The notes below the pieces were generated by a model, which ran no database searches, was not told the DNA's origin, and was given only the letters and a program-made list of their open reading frames with translations. Source: an uncultured Chthonomonadaceae bacterium (GTDB lineage Bacteria; Armatimonadota; Chthonomonadetes; Chthonomonadales; Chthonomonadaceae). From it: 64,000 bases of DNA. Position 1 is the first letter of the stretch, and each line of letters starts with the position of its first letter. Location: positions 1 through 64,000 of the forward strand of contig CAWIEK010000001.1 of assembly GCA_963835065.1 (NCBI GenBank). Direction: 5' to 3'. The position numbers and the translations under genes are program-made. Below, piece by piece: positions 43,830-54,360 of the stretch.

Positions 43830-44340
43830 ATGCCGGATATTTTCACTGTAGACAACTTTATTACCCTCTATGAAGGCGACAACCGCCGAATACGGTTTGC
43901 CTGGAACGGCAAACATGCTGACGATTTTGAAGACGCCAACGCAACATTCCGCGCTGCCATTCTTGCGCGTCTGTTGACAAATCCTGAACTTGCACCCCTG
44001 TCGCTTATTCGGGACGTGTTTGTTGCGGAAACGGCCTGGGCCGGGGAGTCGTGGCGCGTAAATAAACACCTGCACAATCTGGCTAATTTGCTGTTGACAA
44101 GGGGGCGCGGGGCTGTTCTGGATGATTTTCTTTTAGGCCGCGCCACCAGTTTTGATACGTACTGTGCCTGTACAAGAATTAACATCGAATCCAGGCTGCA
44201 GTGGAATTGCGGAACGAGATTGAACAACGCCTGAACGTGGAAACAGATCCGCAAATCCGCGCAATTTTTCAGGATGGTTACAAACTGTTTACAGACTATC
44301 TTGCCCGTCAAAAACCTTGACATCGCCCTTCAATCGCAAA
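43830..44340 (+). CDS. Hypothetical protein (probable frameshift near 44190; end approximate)
   Basis: ORF with RIRFAWNGKHADDFEDAN...SFDTY; function unknown. Confidence 0.5.
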
Positions 44341-44453
44341 CCTTCTGCCGTAACAAACGTATAATTTTGCAGTGATATGCAGCCATTCCACAAGGCAAGT
44401 TGATTTTGTGAACAGAGGCTTTTCGTTTTAGGCAGTGAACAAGGAAGCAAGGC

Positions 44454-45218
44454 ATGGCAGAGGCAGAACAGGCGATTAACACCGAACAATCAAGCGCGGA
44501 AGAGCGGGCATTGGAGCAGCGCCTGACGGAACTGCAAATCAATCCACAGCAGGCCAACGAATTGCAGATGCTGGATACGGCGCAAGAAGAAGCCACAGGT
44601 GAAAACGCGGCAGAGGGAGAAAGCGGGCGCGGGCATCACCATGACACGCGCAGCCTGCTGCACATTGATACCATTTACATGGAACCGCAGGTCGAGGAGT
44701 ATGCGCGGGGCCGGGAAATTCTGGCAAAGTTCCCCCACGCCAGGCGCATTGAAATCGCGTCCCACTGGAAAATACCCGAACTGCACGGCAACGCCGAACT
44801 GGTGCAGGATTGGGTCAGGGTGAAACGCGGCGTACTGGTGCTGGGCGTGAAGAAGTCGCTGTCGGCTATGCCCTATGAGCGCAGTTGTGATTTTGTCGCG
44901 CCGTCTCATGCCAATGGCTGTTCAATGGCCTGCGCGTACTGCGTCGCGCCGGGAACGCTGATTTCAACGCCGCAAGGCCAAGTACCCGTTGAACAAATTC
45001 GGGAGGGCAGCGCCGTACTTGCTTTTGATAGTTCTGCGGGACGGCTGGTAACGGGGTTTGTTTCGGGAACGGCTTGCAGGGAAGTGGAGGAAGCGCTTGA
45101 AATCGAGGTGGACGGCACAACGCTGCGCGTGACGGCAGAGCATCCTATCTGGACGCGCCGGGGGTGGGTAAAAGCCGGCGAACTGACAGAAGACGATGAA
45201 GTTCTCTGTTTTTCATGA
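44454..45218 (+). CDS. Spore photoproduct lyase-like radical SAM N-terminal fragment fused to an intein N-terminal half
   Basis: SHWKIPELHG...KRGVLVLGVKK...APSHANGCSMACAY, then CVAPGTLISTPQG..VEQIREG...LRVTAEHPIW..GWVKAGEL..D.V and a stop. Confidence 0.88.
   Translation: MAEAEQAINTEQSSAEERALEQRLTELQINPQQANELQMLDTAQEEATGENAAEGESGRGHHHDTRSLLHIDTIYMEPQVEEYARGREILAKFPHARRIEIASHWKIPELHGNAELVQDWVRVKRGVLVLGVKKSLSAMPYERSCDFVAPSHANGCSMACAYCVAPGTLISTPQGQVPVEQIREGSAVLAFDSSAGRLVTGFVSGTACREVEEALEIEVDGTTLRVTAEHPIWTRRGWVKAGELTEDDEVLCFS
44940..45218 (+). mobile_element. Intein N-terminal splicing region (blocks A and B, 92 aa); no C-terminal HN block
   Basis: Cys1 at 44940; block B TAEH; ORF ends after EDDEVLCFS. 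Confidence 0.88.
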
Positions 45219-45325
45219 TTCCATGATTGAGGAGATACGTCCCTCATGGTAATCATCGTAATCACATAAATCATGGTTCAGACAAAGGAGGGTCAGGCTT
45301 ATACTGCCGCTTCATGCGAGGATGA

Positions 45326-46057
45326 TTACTTGGATGGCTTGGGGTGAAAACTCGCGTCGGGCGTGTTGCCGTCGGCGTCCTTGCCTAATTCGGTCAGGCG
45401 ATTGGTGACGCCGACCACCATTTCGGCAAGGGCGCGGCTCATTTCCCCGCCTGACAACAGCTTGTCGTCGGCGGCCAGCAGGGGCGATTTGGGCAACACC
45501 ATATTCTTGTCAACAAGGTACGTCAGCGCGGCATACGCAGGGTGCGTTTTAGGCAGCGTGATTTTGGGCTTGGGCGGGAACACTTCAGACTTCGCTAAAT
45601 CTTTGGCGTCCGGGGTGGGGCGGGACAGCCCGGCGGACACGTAATCGCCCATGCTTGCCAGCACCTTCGCCAGTTCGTAGCGCGTCACGCGCTGCGTTCG
45701 CCAATCCCCATGCTCCAGCGGCTTCAACACCGTGTCGGCAACGGGACGCGACGGCTGCGCCTTCCACGTTCCCGCTTCCAGCATCTGCGCCAGTTTCGCA
45801 AGCGCGATTACAGCCTGCCCATGCGTCACCTTTGCCTCGCCATGAAACTCTTTCCCGTCCGGCAACGCCATCACGCCGTTGTCCAAGACTTCCTGTACAG
45901 ACGGCGCGGCCCAGTGGTCGGGGCGAACGTCAGGAGGTAATGATGAGTGATGAATGATGAGTAATGAATGATGAACACTCAGGCTATGACAAGGCGAAAT
46001 AAGGCAGAACAATGCCAGCAGCAGGTAAATTTTCAAAGCAGGGTTTGTACTCATCAT
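45326..46057 (-). CDS. S-layer homology (SLH)-like exported protein
   Basis: Signal peptide; PDVRPDHWA, FHGEAKVT, RVTRYELA, THPAYAAL. Confidence 0.75.
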   Translation of the reverse strand: MMSTNPALKIYLLLALFCLISPCHSLSVHHSLLIIHHSSLPPDVRPDHWAAPSVQEVLDNGVMALPDGKEFHGEAKVTHGQAVIALAKLAQMLEAGTWKAQPSRPVADTVLKPLEHGDWRTQRVTRYELAKVLASMGDYVSAGLSRPTPDAKDLAKSEVFPPKPKITLPKTHPAYAALTYLVDKNMVLPKSPLLAADDKLLSGGEMSRALAEMVVGVTNRLTELGKDADGNTPDASFHPKPSK

Positions 46058-46080
46058 TCATCACTCATCATTCATCATTT

Positions 46081-47091
46081 TCAGTAGTCGCTTTCACTAA
46101 TCGCCCGCCACTCTTCCAATGCCCGGCCCGTGCCGATGGCGACGCAGGAAAGCGGGTCTTCCGCGACATGGACTTCGATGCCTGTCGCCGCATAAAGCAG
46201 GCGATCCAGGCCACGCAGCAAGGCGCCGCCGCCCGTCAGGACAATGCCTCGCTCGATCACGTCGGCGGACAATTCCGGCGGGGTCTGCTCCAGGACGCGC
46301 TTTACTTTTTCCACAATCGCCAATACAGGTTCGGACAGGGCTTCGCGGATTTCCACGGACGTGACTTCTACCGTTTTCGGCAAACCCGCAACAAGGTCGC
46401 GCCCGCGCACTTGCAGGCTTAATTCCTGCTCTAAGGGATACGCCGAACCGACTTTGGTTTTGATTTCTTCGGCGGTGCGGTCGCCGATCATCAGGCTGTA
46501 CACGGATTTGACGTGCCGAATAATCACTTCGTCCATGCGGTTGCCGGCCACGCGCAGGCTTTCGCTGGTCACAATGCCATCCAAAGAAATCACGGCTATA
46601 TCCGTCGTGCCACCGCCGATGTCCACCACCATGTTGCCGCCCGGCATGGAAATCGGCAGGCCCGCGCCGATTGCCGCCGCCATCGGCTCTTCAATGGTGC
46701 GGGCTTCGCGCGCTCCCGCTTCTTTCGCCGCCTGAATTACGGCCCGCCGCTCCACGCTTGTCACCTGAGAGGGTACGCACACCAGAACGCGCGGCTTGAA
46801 ACGCACGATCTGCCGCTTGCCCACCACTTTGTTGAACAGGTACTCCAGCATTTTCTTGGTGGTGGTGTAATCGGCAATCACGCCGTCGCTCATGGGACGA
46901 ATCGCAACGATGTTGCCCGGCGTACGTCCGAGCATCAGGCGGGCCTCTTCGCCCACCGCCAGTACCCTTTTGCTTTGCGCCGCGATGGCGACAACGGAAG
47001 GTTCCCGCAGGACAATGCCTTTGCCGCGCACATAGACAAGGATGTTCGCCGTGCCTAAATCCACGCCCAATTCCGGGACGAGGCTGAACAC
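46081..47091 (-). CDS. mreB: Rod shape-determining protein MreB/Mbl
   Basis: [38 protein letters not shown] start with AAGGAG. Confidence 0.95.
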   Translation of the reverse strand: MFSLVPELGVDLGTANILVYVRGKGIVLREPSVVAIAAQSKRVLAVGEEARLMLGRTPGNIVAIRPMSDGVIADYTTTKKMLEYLFNKVVGKRQIVRFKPRVLVCVPSQVTSVERRAVIQAAKEAGAREARTIEEPMAAAIGAGLPISMPGGNMVVDIGGGTTDIAVISLDGIVTSESLRVAGNRMDEVIIRHVKSVYSLMIGDRTAEEIKTKVGSAYPLEQELSLQVRGRDLVAGLPKTVEVTSVEIREALSEPVLAIVEKVKRVLEQTPPELSADVIERGIVLTGGGALLRGLDRLLYAATGIEVHVAEDPLSCVAIGTGRALEEWRAISESDY

Positions 47092-48368
47092 TACTGAACT
47101 CCTTCCGGCTGCGCGTCGGTTGTCCGCCATACCTGCGCGCCGAGCGCCTGCAGGTTCGGCACGATGTTTTCGTAACCCCGATCCAGGTGGTGCAGATTGG
47201 TGACAGTGGTTTCGCCGTGCGCCGCCAATCCGGCAACGACGACGGCTGCGCCCGCCCGCAGGTCCAGGCACTTCACGGGAGCGCCCATTAAGCGCTCCAC
47301 GCCATAAATCACGGCTGTCTGTCCCTCAACGCGAATGTCCGCGCCCATGCGCTCCAACTCCGTCGTATAGCGGAAACGGCTTTCGTAGACCGTTTCGCTG
47401 ACAATGGAAACGCCGTCCGCCAGACTGAGCATCGCGGTAAACGGCTGCTGCATGTCCGTTGGGAAGCCGGGATGCGGCATGGTCTTAATGTCCGTCGGGT
47501 AGATTTTACCCATGCGGCGTATGCGCAGGCCATCCGGTTCCTTCGTCACTTCCACGCCGATTTCCGTCAGCTTGCTGATGACGGGACGCAGATGCTCGGC
47601 AACGGCCTGCTTGACAACCACATCGCCCCCGGTGATGGCGGCGGCAATGGCATACGTGCCGGCTTGCAGGCGGTCCGGCAGGATGCTGAACTCGCAGCCG
47701 TGCAGTTCCTCCACGCCGTCAATCACAATCGTGGGCGTTCCCATGCCGGTAATCTGCGCGCCACAGGCGTTGAGGAACTCGGCCATGTGAACCACTTCCG
47801 GTTCTGCGGCGCAGTTTTCAATCACGGTGCGGCCCCGCGCCCGGCTGGCCGCGATCATCAGATGCTGCGTGCTGCCCGCGCTTGGAAATTCCAGATAGAT
47901 GTTGGCTCCATGCAGGCGCTTCACTTTGCCGTGATAGATGCCGTGTTCCAGATGCAGTTTTGCGCCCAGTTGTTCCAGCCCCTTGACGTGGAAGTTGACC
48001 GGGCGCGTCCCGATGTCGCACCCGCCCGGCATGGCAACCGCCGCTTCGCCAAAACGCGCCAGCAAAGCGCCAAGCACGTTGAAACTGGCGCGCATCTGGC
48101 GCACAAGGTCATGGGGCGTTGTCGTCGTGGTCAAATTCCCCGCGTCTACTTCCAGCGTGTCTTCGCTTAGCCACGTCGTTGTCGCGCCCATGCGCCGGCA
48201 AATCTCCGTAAGCGTATCAATGTCGCTGATACGCGGGACATTGCGCAGCACGGTTTTGCCGGGGACAAGGAGGGTTCCGGCGAGAATGGCGACCGCATCG
48301 TTTTTGCTGCCGCCGACCCGGACAGTGCCGGTCAATGGTGTGCCGCCGAGTATGGAAATCGTGTCCAA
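47091..48368 (-). CDS. murA: UDP-N-acetylglucosamine 1-carboxyvinyltransferase
   Basis: [37 protein letters not shown]. Confidence 0.96.
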   Translation of the reverse strand: MDTISILGGTPLTGTVRVGGSKNDAVAILAGTLLVPGKTVLRNVPRISDIDTLTEICRRMGATTTWLSEDTLEVDAGNLTTTTTPHDLVRQMRASFNVLGALLARFGEAAVAMPGGCDIGTRPVNFHVKGLEQLGAKLHLEHGIYHGKVKRLHGANIYLEFPSAGSTQHLMIAASRARGRTVIENCAAEPEVVHMAEFLNACGAQITGMGTPTIVIDGVEELHGCEFSILPDRLQAGTYAIAAAITGGDVVVKQAVAEHLRPVISKLTEIGVEVTKEPDGLRIRRMGKIYPTDIKTMPHPGFPTDMQQPFTAMLSLADGVSIVSETVYESRFRYTTELERMGADIRVEGQTAVIYGVERLMGAPVKCLDLRAGAAVVVAGLAAHGETTVTNLHHLDRGYENIVPNLQALGAQVWRTTDAQPEGVQ

Positions 48369-48618
48369 ATGAAAGTGCCTCTCTGCTCCGGTTCGCTGCT
48401 CGATAATGGGGGGAGTTGCAGATAGTCCCAGACGCCCGCAGGATTGCCGCCAACTCAATTCGGTGTTCAGGTGTTCGGGTATTCAGGTGTTCGGGTATAC
48501 AGGCGTTGGCTTCTGTCTTCTGCCTTGTGTCTTCTACCTTCCGGTATTCTCAGGCTGAGGGTAAGACTCTTGACTTCAGAAGAAACTCGTAAGGCATATT
48601 TTGTCAAATACCACTTAG

Positions 48619-48647
48619 AGTATACAGATTTATAGGAAGACTGTCAA
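48619..48647 (-). promoter_or_regulatory. Near-consensus sigma70 promoter for murA-mreB
   Basis: Minus strand TTGACA-17bp-TATACT. Confidence 0.8.
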
Positions 48648-48815
48648 TTGGGCGGGGAAAAAACGTTCAAGGCATCAGGCATTAGGCAGTAGGCATTAGG
48701 TATACTTGTGGCGTCAGGCAGTAGTAGGAGCGCATACGAGCATCAGATATAAGGAGCCTCTCGTAGCCTAATGCCTAACGCCTAATGCCTAATGCCTTGA
48801 GGAGAACCACCCGTT

Positions 48816-49742
48816 ATGAGTTGGCTGCAAGCGATATTACTGGGATTGTTACAGGGATTGACGGAGTTTTTGCCGGTCAGCAGTACGGCGCACATGGACG
48901 TAATACCGCAGTTGTTCGGAGGAAGCGATCCCGGCGCGGCGTTTTCCGCTGTGTGCCAGTTGGGGCCGATTGTCGCCATCATCGCGTACTTCCGCAAGGA
49001 TTTGGTACGCTATGTGCAGGGAATTTTGCGCAATCCCAACCCGATGAAACTGCCTCCCGACGATGTGGACGCGCGGCTTGGCTGGTACACGCTCATTGGC
49101 AGCCTGCCTATTTTCATCGCGGGCGTCCTGCTGGAAAAATACATTGACCATCACTTCCGGCGTCTGGACGTGGTTGCCACCGCGTTAATCGTTCTGGCGC
49201 TGGTTTTGCTGGTGGCGGAGCGCGTGGGGCGGAAGAAAGTATCGCTCAAAGGCATTTCGCTGGAGCAAAGCATCGCTATTGGGCTGGCGCAAGTATTGGG
49301 ACTGGTTCCGGGCGCGTCCCGTTCGGGTTCCACGATTACGGCGGGGTTGCTGCTCGGCCTGGACCGGGAAAGCGCGGCGCGGTTCAGCTTCCTGCTGTCG
49401 ATTCCGGCGATTACAGGCGCAGGGTTGTACAAACTGTTCAAGCTCGTCAAGGCGCACGAACTGCACGGCGACACCGCCAAATACCTGCTGGCCGCGTTTG
49501 TGGCGGGCGCGTTCGCGTATGCCGTCGTGCGCTGGTTCCTGGGCTACATGAAGGAACACAGCACGAACATTTTCATCGCGTACCGCATCGCCTTCGGCCT
49601 GCTGATTCTCATCTTGTTCCATTCCGGCAGGCTGCAGGAACATAAGGTGGAGGAACCGGCGGCAAAAAACCCGGCTACCGCCGCCCTGCATAGCCACGTT
49701 CTGCCGCGCGTTCTCCGCGCTCCGCAATTCGCGCAAAGGTGA
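48816..49742 (+). CDS. uppP: Undecaprenyl-diphosphate phosphatase (BacA)
   Basis: QGLTEFLPVSSTAH, PGASRSGSTI, AARFSFLLSIP. Confidence 0.95.
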   Translation: MSWLQAILLGLLQGLTEFLPVSSTAHMDVIPQLFGGSDPGAAFSAVCQLGPIVAIIAYFRKDLVRYVQGILRNPNPMKLPPDDVDARLGWYTLIGSLPIFIAGVLLEKYIDHHFRRLDVVATALIVLALVLLVAERVGRKKVSLKGISLEQSIAIGLAQVLGLVPGASRSGSTITAGLLLGLDRESAARFSFLLSIPAITGAGLYKLFKLVKAHELHGDTAKYLLAAFVAGAFAYAVVRWFLGYMKEHSTNIFIAYRIAFGLLILILFHSGRLQEHKVEEPAAKNPATAALHSHVLPRVLRAPQFAQR

Positions 49743-49753
49743 ATGTGATTTTG

Positions 49754-50401
49754 ATGAAAATAGAAGCCGGAAGCAAACTGGTGATGATTGGCGACAGCAT
49801 TACGGACGCGGGGCGGGCGCGTCCCGTTGGCGAAGGATTGGGCGAGACATTGGGCAAGGGCTATGTCAGCTATGTGGCCGCCCTGCTCGGAGCCGTGTAC
49901 CCGCAATCCAACATTCGCGTGGTCAACATGGGCAGCAGTGGCAACACCGTCCGCGATCTCAAAACGCGCTGGCAAACCGATGTGCTGGACTTAAAACCCG
50001 ATTGGCTGTCCCTGATGATCGGCATCAACGACGTGTGGCGGCAGTTCGACAGCCCGCAGCAGACGCACGGCCACGTTTACCCCGAAGAATACCGCAACAC
50101 GCTGGAAACGCTTGTGCGCGACACGCTGCCGACCCTCAAAGGTTTGGTGCTGATGACACCTTTCTACATCGAACCGAACGCGATGGACGCGATGCGGGCG
50201 CAGATGGATCGCTACGGAGCCATTGTTCACGATCTTGCCGTACAGCACAAGACGCTGTTCGTGGATACGCAGCAGGCGTTTGATGCCGCCCTGCAAACCT
50301 ACTATCCCGCCACGCTGGCCTGGGACCGGATACACCCCAACCACATCGGTCACATGATTCTCGCCCGCGCCTTTCTGCAGGCCGTAGACTTTGCGTGGTG
50401 A
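49754..50401 (+). CDS. SGNH/GDSL hydrolase
   Basis: GDSITD, GINDVW, DRIHP. Confidence 0.92.
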   Translation: MKIEAGSKLVMIGDSITDAGRARPVGEGLGETLGKGYVSYVAALLGAVYPQSNIRVVNMGSSGNTVRDLKTRWQTDVLDLKPDWLSLMIGINDVWRQFDSPQQTHGHVYPEEYRNTLETLVRDTLPTLKGLVLMTPFYIEPNAMDAMRAQMDRYGAIVHDLAVQHKTLFVDTQQAFDAALQTYYPATLAWDRIHPNHIGHMILARAFLQAVDFAW

Positions 50402-50704
50402 TCGGTTTCAAGTTCCTTGTCGGCCTGCTGTTAATACACCCGCCGCGCCAGTGTATCTCCGGTGCGGCGGTTTTATGTTGCAGATACTCTTTTCGGGTAT
50501 GCTGTACTCGTTGAAACGACCTTATCAGGAAAATACGCTTTCCGAGGAGACCGTATTTCGTTGAGAAAACCTATGTTCAGGACGGTTATAGTCACTCTAC
50601 TGTACCCTTTTGAGGTACAATCCCTCTATACCAAAATACAGTAGAGAACTTTTCCTCTGCTGTTGATTTTAGAGCGTTCCAATACACTGCTTTGAGGTGG
50701 TAAT

Positions 50705-51007
50705 GTGGTTAGTGTAAATTCCGTTTTCATAGATATAGAAAACATCGAGATCGTCAGCGACGATGAAACTCTTGAGGAAACTTGGCAAGATGGACTCGAA
50801 GGCCAAGCACTCGATATTGTGAAGTCAGAGGTCATAGTGCGTGGGGCGGGCGAAGATGTGTATCCTGCGTCTTCTCGACAGCTTTGTCATTCGGAAGTGC
50901 GCCTGTTAACGCGTACGGCTGGTATCAACGATCTTCGGGAGCAAATCCGGCTTCAACAGGAGGAGCAGGAATACTACTTAGACGTGCATCCCGGTTTGTA
51001 TAACTGA
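50705..51007 (+). CDS. Acidic hypothetical protein
   Basis: GAGGTG RBS; ORF only. Confidence 0.5.
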   Translation: MVSVNSVFIDIENIEIVSDDETLEETWQDGLEGQALDIVKSEVIVRGAGEDVYPASSRQLCHSEVRLLTRTAGINDLREQIRLQQEEQEYYLDVHPGLYN

Positions 51008-51017
51008 AAATGTCTAC

Positions 51018-51218
51018 ATGGACGATCAGTTCTTAGCGCTAGGCTGCCTGTACGAAGCGGAGGTGCTCGTCGGTTATTTCGAGGAGTGTGAGGAACAGGA
51101 TGCGTCTGGCGGGTGGGAATGTCTCATCAACAAGGCTTGTCAGGAAACGCTCAAGCAGGCGGCCAAAAGCGGGCTAACGGGACCCTGCTGGTACGCCAGC
51201 GTGACTACAAAGAGGTGA
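51018..51218 (+). CDS. Small hypothetical protein
   Basis: ORF 10 bp after the previous gene. Confidence 0.4.
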   Translation: MDDQFLALGCLYEAEVLVGYFEECEEQDASGGWECLINKACQETLKQAAKSGLTGPCWYASVTTKR

Positions 51219-51638
51219 AAGGTGTTTTTGAAGAACAATCGTGGAGGAACTGCGTAAGCCCATTGAAGGCGTGATCAGCGTCTTAACGGAAAAATGACAC
51301 TGAGCATCTGCTGCTGGAAGTGAATTGGTCTCTATGGCCGCAATCAGGCGAAGGCAAGCGCGTTTCGCTGGCGCGCTACTTCAATGACGTACGGGACTGT
51401 CTCCATGAACGTCAAGCGTATGTGTGTGAATACAGCAGAGAAACCATGTAGACAAACATGTACCTGAAAGAGAAATTAGGAAGCTATCCTATCGTCAGGA
51501 AGGGAACGCTGTCTGCGAACAATCAAGCCTGGAGCGCGTATAAAAAACATCCGCCAATGCACTGCGGCATGGATCGAAACCTCTTTCCTTCCGCCGCGCC
51601 TTTGCCTGATCCGATTGTTCGCAGAAAGGAAACCGAGC

Positions 51639-52373
51639 ATGAGAAACACAAATTTAGGATTGCCTGTTCTGACCGCGCTGATGCTGGCCGTCGCGGGATC
51701 AACGGCCTGGGCGCAGGACAATGGGCAAGCCCCTGCCGGAGCGCAGACGCCCGCCCCCGGCGCGCAGCGCCGACAGGCCGCGCCGCCTGTGCATATCTCC
51801 GACCTGACCGTTCCCGCTATGGATGCAACGCTGAAGTTGAGCGACGACCAGAAAACCAAAATTCAAGCGGTTCTGGACAAGCGCGCGGCGGATTATAAAA
51901 CGCTCGTGCTGCCGCCCGATCAGCAGGGAAGCGCGCCCGCTGTGCAGGAAGCCAACCGCAAGCGTCTCGACATGACCAACAAGGCCGATGCCGATGTGGA
52001 AGCCATTCTCACCGACGATCAGAAGAAAATGCTGCCGGACTTCAAGCGCAATGTGGGCGTGTACCAGCGCTCCGGCCTGCCGCTTGCCCTGATGGCCGAT
52101 TTGAAGCTGACCGACGACCAGAAGCAGAAGATCGCGGATCAGGCCATGCAAAACCAGCGTTCCATGCGCCAGAAAGCGCGCGCCGCGCAGCAGGCCGGCA
52201 CGGCAATGACCGGCGAACAGCGCCAGGCGATGCTGAAAGAAAACCGGGACAAGATTATGGCCCTGCTTACGCCCGAACAGCGCGCGCAGGTGGACAAGTA
52301 CGACAAGGAACACGCAGGCGCGGGCACGGCTCCCACAACAGGTGGCGCAGGCAACGGCACGAATAATCCATAA
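51639..52373 (+). CDS. Exported LTXXQ-motif (Spy/CpxP-like) protein
   Basis: Signal peptide; LKLSDDQK, ILTDDQK, LKLTDDQK, LLTPEQR. Confidence 0.8.
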   Translation: MRNTNLGLPVLTALMLAVAGSTAWAQDNGQAPAGAQTPAPGAQRRQAAPPVHISDLTVPAMDATLKLSDDQKTKIQAVLDKRAADYKTLVLPPDQQGSAPAVQEANRKRLDMTNKADADVEAILTDDQKKMLPDFKRNVGVYQRSGLPLALMADLKLTDDQKQKIADQAMQNQRSMRQKARAAQQAGTAMTGEQRQAMLKENRDKIMALLTPEQRAQVDKYDKEHAGAGTAPTTGGAGNGTNNP

Positions 52374-52434
52374 GCGCTCAACCTGCTTCGACAGGAGAAG
52401 ACCTGCCAACGTGGTATCGCCAGCCAGGTGAAGT

Positions 52435-53856
52435 CTATGAAGCGTGTCCTGTTGCCATTGCCCAGAGCATGAACGCGGCAGCCGCGCCCATCAACACTAC
52501 CGTCAGCCAGCCCACGAAGTTCGACACGCGCCCGTTGACCCGGTTTTGCACGATTTTGCGATTGTTGCAGACCAACATCAGAACGACCAGAAGCGGCACG
52601 GCGACAACGCCATTCAGAATGGCGGAGTAAAACAGCGCTTTTACGGGGCTGATGCTTTGGACGAAATTGAGCGCGAAACCGCCCACGACCATCGCCGCGA
52701 TAGTCAGGTAGAATTTTTGGGCGCGATGGAAACGGCGGTACAGGCCGTAGCGCCAGTTAAACGTTTCGGCAAGCGCATACGCGGCGGAACCCGCAAGCGT
52801 CGGGATCGCCAGCAGTCCCGTTCCCACAATGCCGAGCGTGAACAGCCAGTACGCGGCGGGGCCGAGCGGCTTCAAGGCTTCCGCCGCGTCCTGCGCCGTG
52901 CTGATGTCGGTTTTGCCCTGCGCGTGAAGGGTTGCCGCCGCGCAGATTATAATGAAAAAGCACACGGCCTGCGAAGCCACCATGCCGATAATCGTATCGG
53001 TTCGCAGCGCGCGCACTTCCGCTTCCGTCGCCGGCTGAAGCCGGTGTCCCGGCGCGTCGGCAAGCCCCCCGGCGATCTCGTCTTCCACTTCCTCGCCCGC
53101 CTGCCAGAAGAACAGATACGGCGATATGGTGGTTCCCAAAAACCCCACCACCGTCATGATAAACTCCGGCTTCCAGCTCCAGGACGGCACAAGGCAGTGA
53201 CGCGCAATCTGGCCCCAATCGTTGTGTACGGAGGGCATCAGGCCGACGATGACATAAGCGGCCAGCGACAGGCACAGCCACTTGAGGACGCGCACGTAAT
53301 AGCGGTAGGGAATTAAAATCTGCGCGGCCACAATCACAGCGGTCAGCCCGGCCAGCCAGAGCGTAAACGGGGCTGGAAACAGCATCTTCGCCGCCGCCGC
53401 CATGATGTTGAGGTCAGCGTAGATGTTGATGAGGTTCGCGCCGATCAGCAGCGAAACGCACCCGTACAGCAGCCAGCGCGGATAATTCTCTTTGATGACC
53501 GCCGCCAGCCCTTTGCCCGTGACCACGCCCACGCGCCCGCACATCTCCTGCACGGCGATCATCAGCGGCAGGCAGGCGGGAACAAGCCACAGCAGGCTGT
53601 ACCCGAATTGCGCCCCCGTCACGGAGTACGTGCCGATGCCCGAAGGATCATCATCCGCCGCGCCCGTAATCAGGCCAGGCCCGACGCATGCGTACCAGGG
53701 CTTGCGCGCGTCGCACTCCGGCTCTACAGCGTGGGCGCTTGCCAGGTCTGCCGCATCTTCAAGCGCGTCTTCAGGAGTGAAATTCTCCTCCTTATTGGAT
53801 TGCAGGCCGTCCGGCAGGAGTTGTGTTGTCGCTTTATTATCTTTTGGTAGCGTCAT
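52435..53856 (-). CDS. NRAMP-family divalent metal transporter
   Basis: GPGLITGAADDDPSGIGTYS, GTTISPYLFFWQ. Confidence 0.92.
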   Translation of the reverse strand: MTLPKDNKATTQLLPDGLQSNKEENFTPEDALEDAADLASAHAVEPECDARKPWYACVGPGLITGAADDDPSGIGTYSVTGAQFGYSLLWLVPACLPLMIAVQEMCGRVGVVTGKGLAAVIKENYPRWLLYGCVSLLIGANLINIYADLNIMAAAAKMLFPAPFTLWLAGLTAVIVAAQILIPYRYYVRVLKWLCLSLAAYVIVGLMPSVHNDWGQIARHCLVPSWSWKPEFIMTVVGFLGTTISPYLFFWQAGEEVEDEIAGGLADAPGHRLQPATEAEVRALRTDTIIGMVASQAVCFFIIICAAATLHAQGKTDISTAQDAAEALKPLGPAAYWLFTLGIVGTGLLAIPTLAGSAAYALAETFNWRYGLYRRFHRAQKFYLTIAAMVVGGFALNFVQSISPVKALFYSAILNGVVAVPLLVVLMLVCNNRKIVQNRVNGRVSNFVGWLTVVLMGAAAAFMLWAMATGHAS

Positions 53857-53960
53857 TCGCGCCTTTCGTGTTATATGTCTCTATCTCGATATATGTTTTT
53901 ATCTATCGTTCGTTGGATAGACGGATAAACGCGGCCTTTTGTTTCTATGACGCTGGAACA

Positions 53961-53989
53961 TTGTTTTTGCTGCACAAGTGCGGTATAAT
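53961..53989 (+). promoter_or_regulatory. Sigma70-type promoter for the NRAMP-porin-mgtE cluster
   Basis: TTGTTT-17bp-TATAAT. Confidence 0.6.
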
Positions 53990-54360
53990 GGCATGGCTTT
54001 GCTTCCAATGCCCGCGCCGTCCAGTGCGGTTTTAAGTATCTGTCGTGTTTATGCAGGCATCCATTGTTGCCGGGCATGTTGAGGAGCGCCAGGATAGAGG
54101 AAATGTCTACCGATTGCAGTGCCAGTACCTACGGTCGTCGCGGCGGCGCAGAAGACGCAGACTTGCGGCGGCAGGATTGCCCCTAGCCCTTTCCCTCGGA
54201 GCGCGGCAGGGCACTCCTGCGCGCTCACGCCTTTTCGATCTGCTTCCATCTTCCCTCCATGACGGCCTCCTGAACCAATGACGCTCCTCCTGTCGGCGTG
54301 ATCCGCTTTGTCACGCCCGCCCAGGAGCGTTACCATCACCATCACCAGGGAGATGTCGCC

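Noticed and set aside
50402..50430. tRNA 3'-end / attachment-site-like sequence (ggtttcaagttccttgtcggcc)
   Set aside because: Poor T-loop match, no cloverleaf, no integrase.
54030..54200. Canonical M-box (ykoK) riboswitch call
   Set aside because: The conserved AGGTGAGGC 5' segment is missing; kept only as a weak leader candidate.
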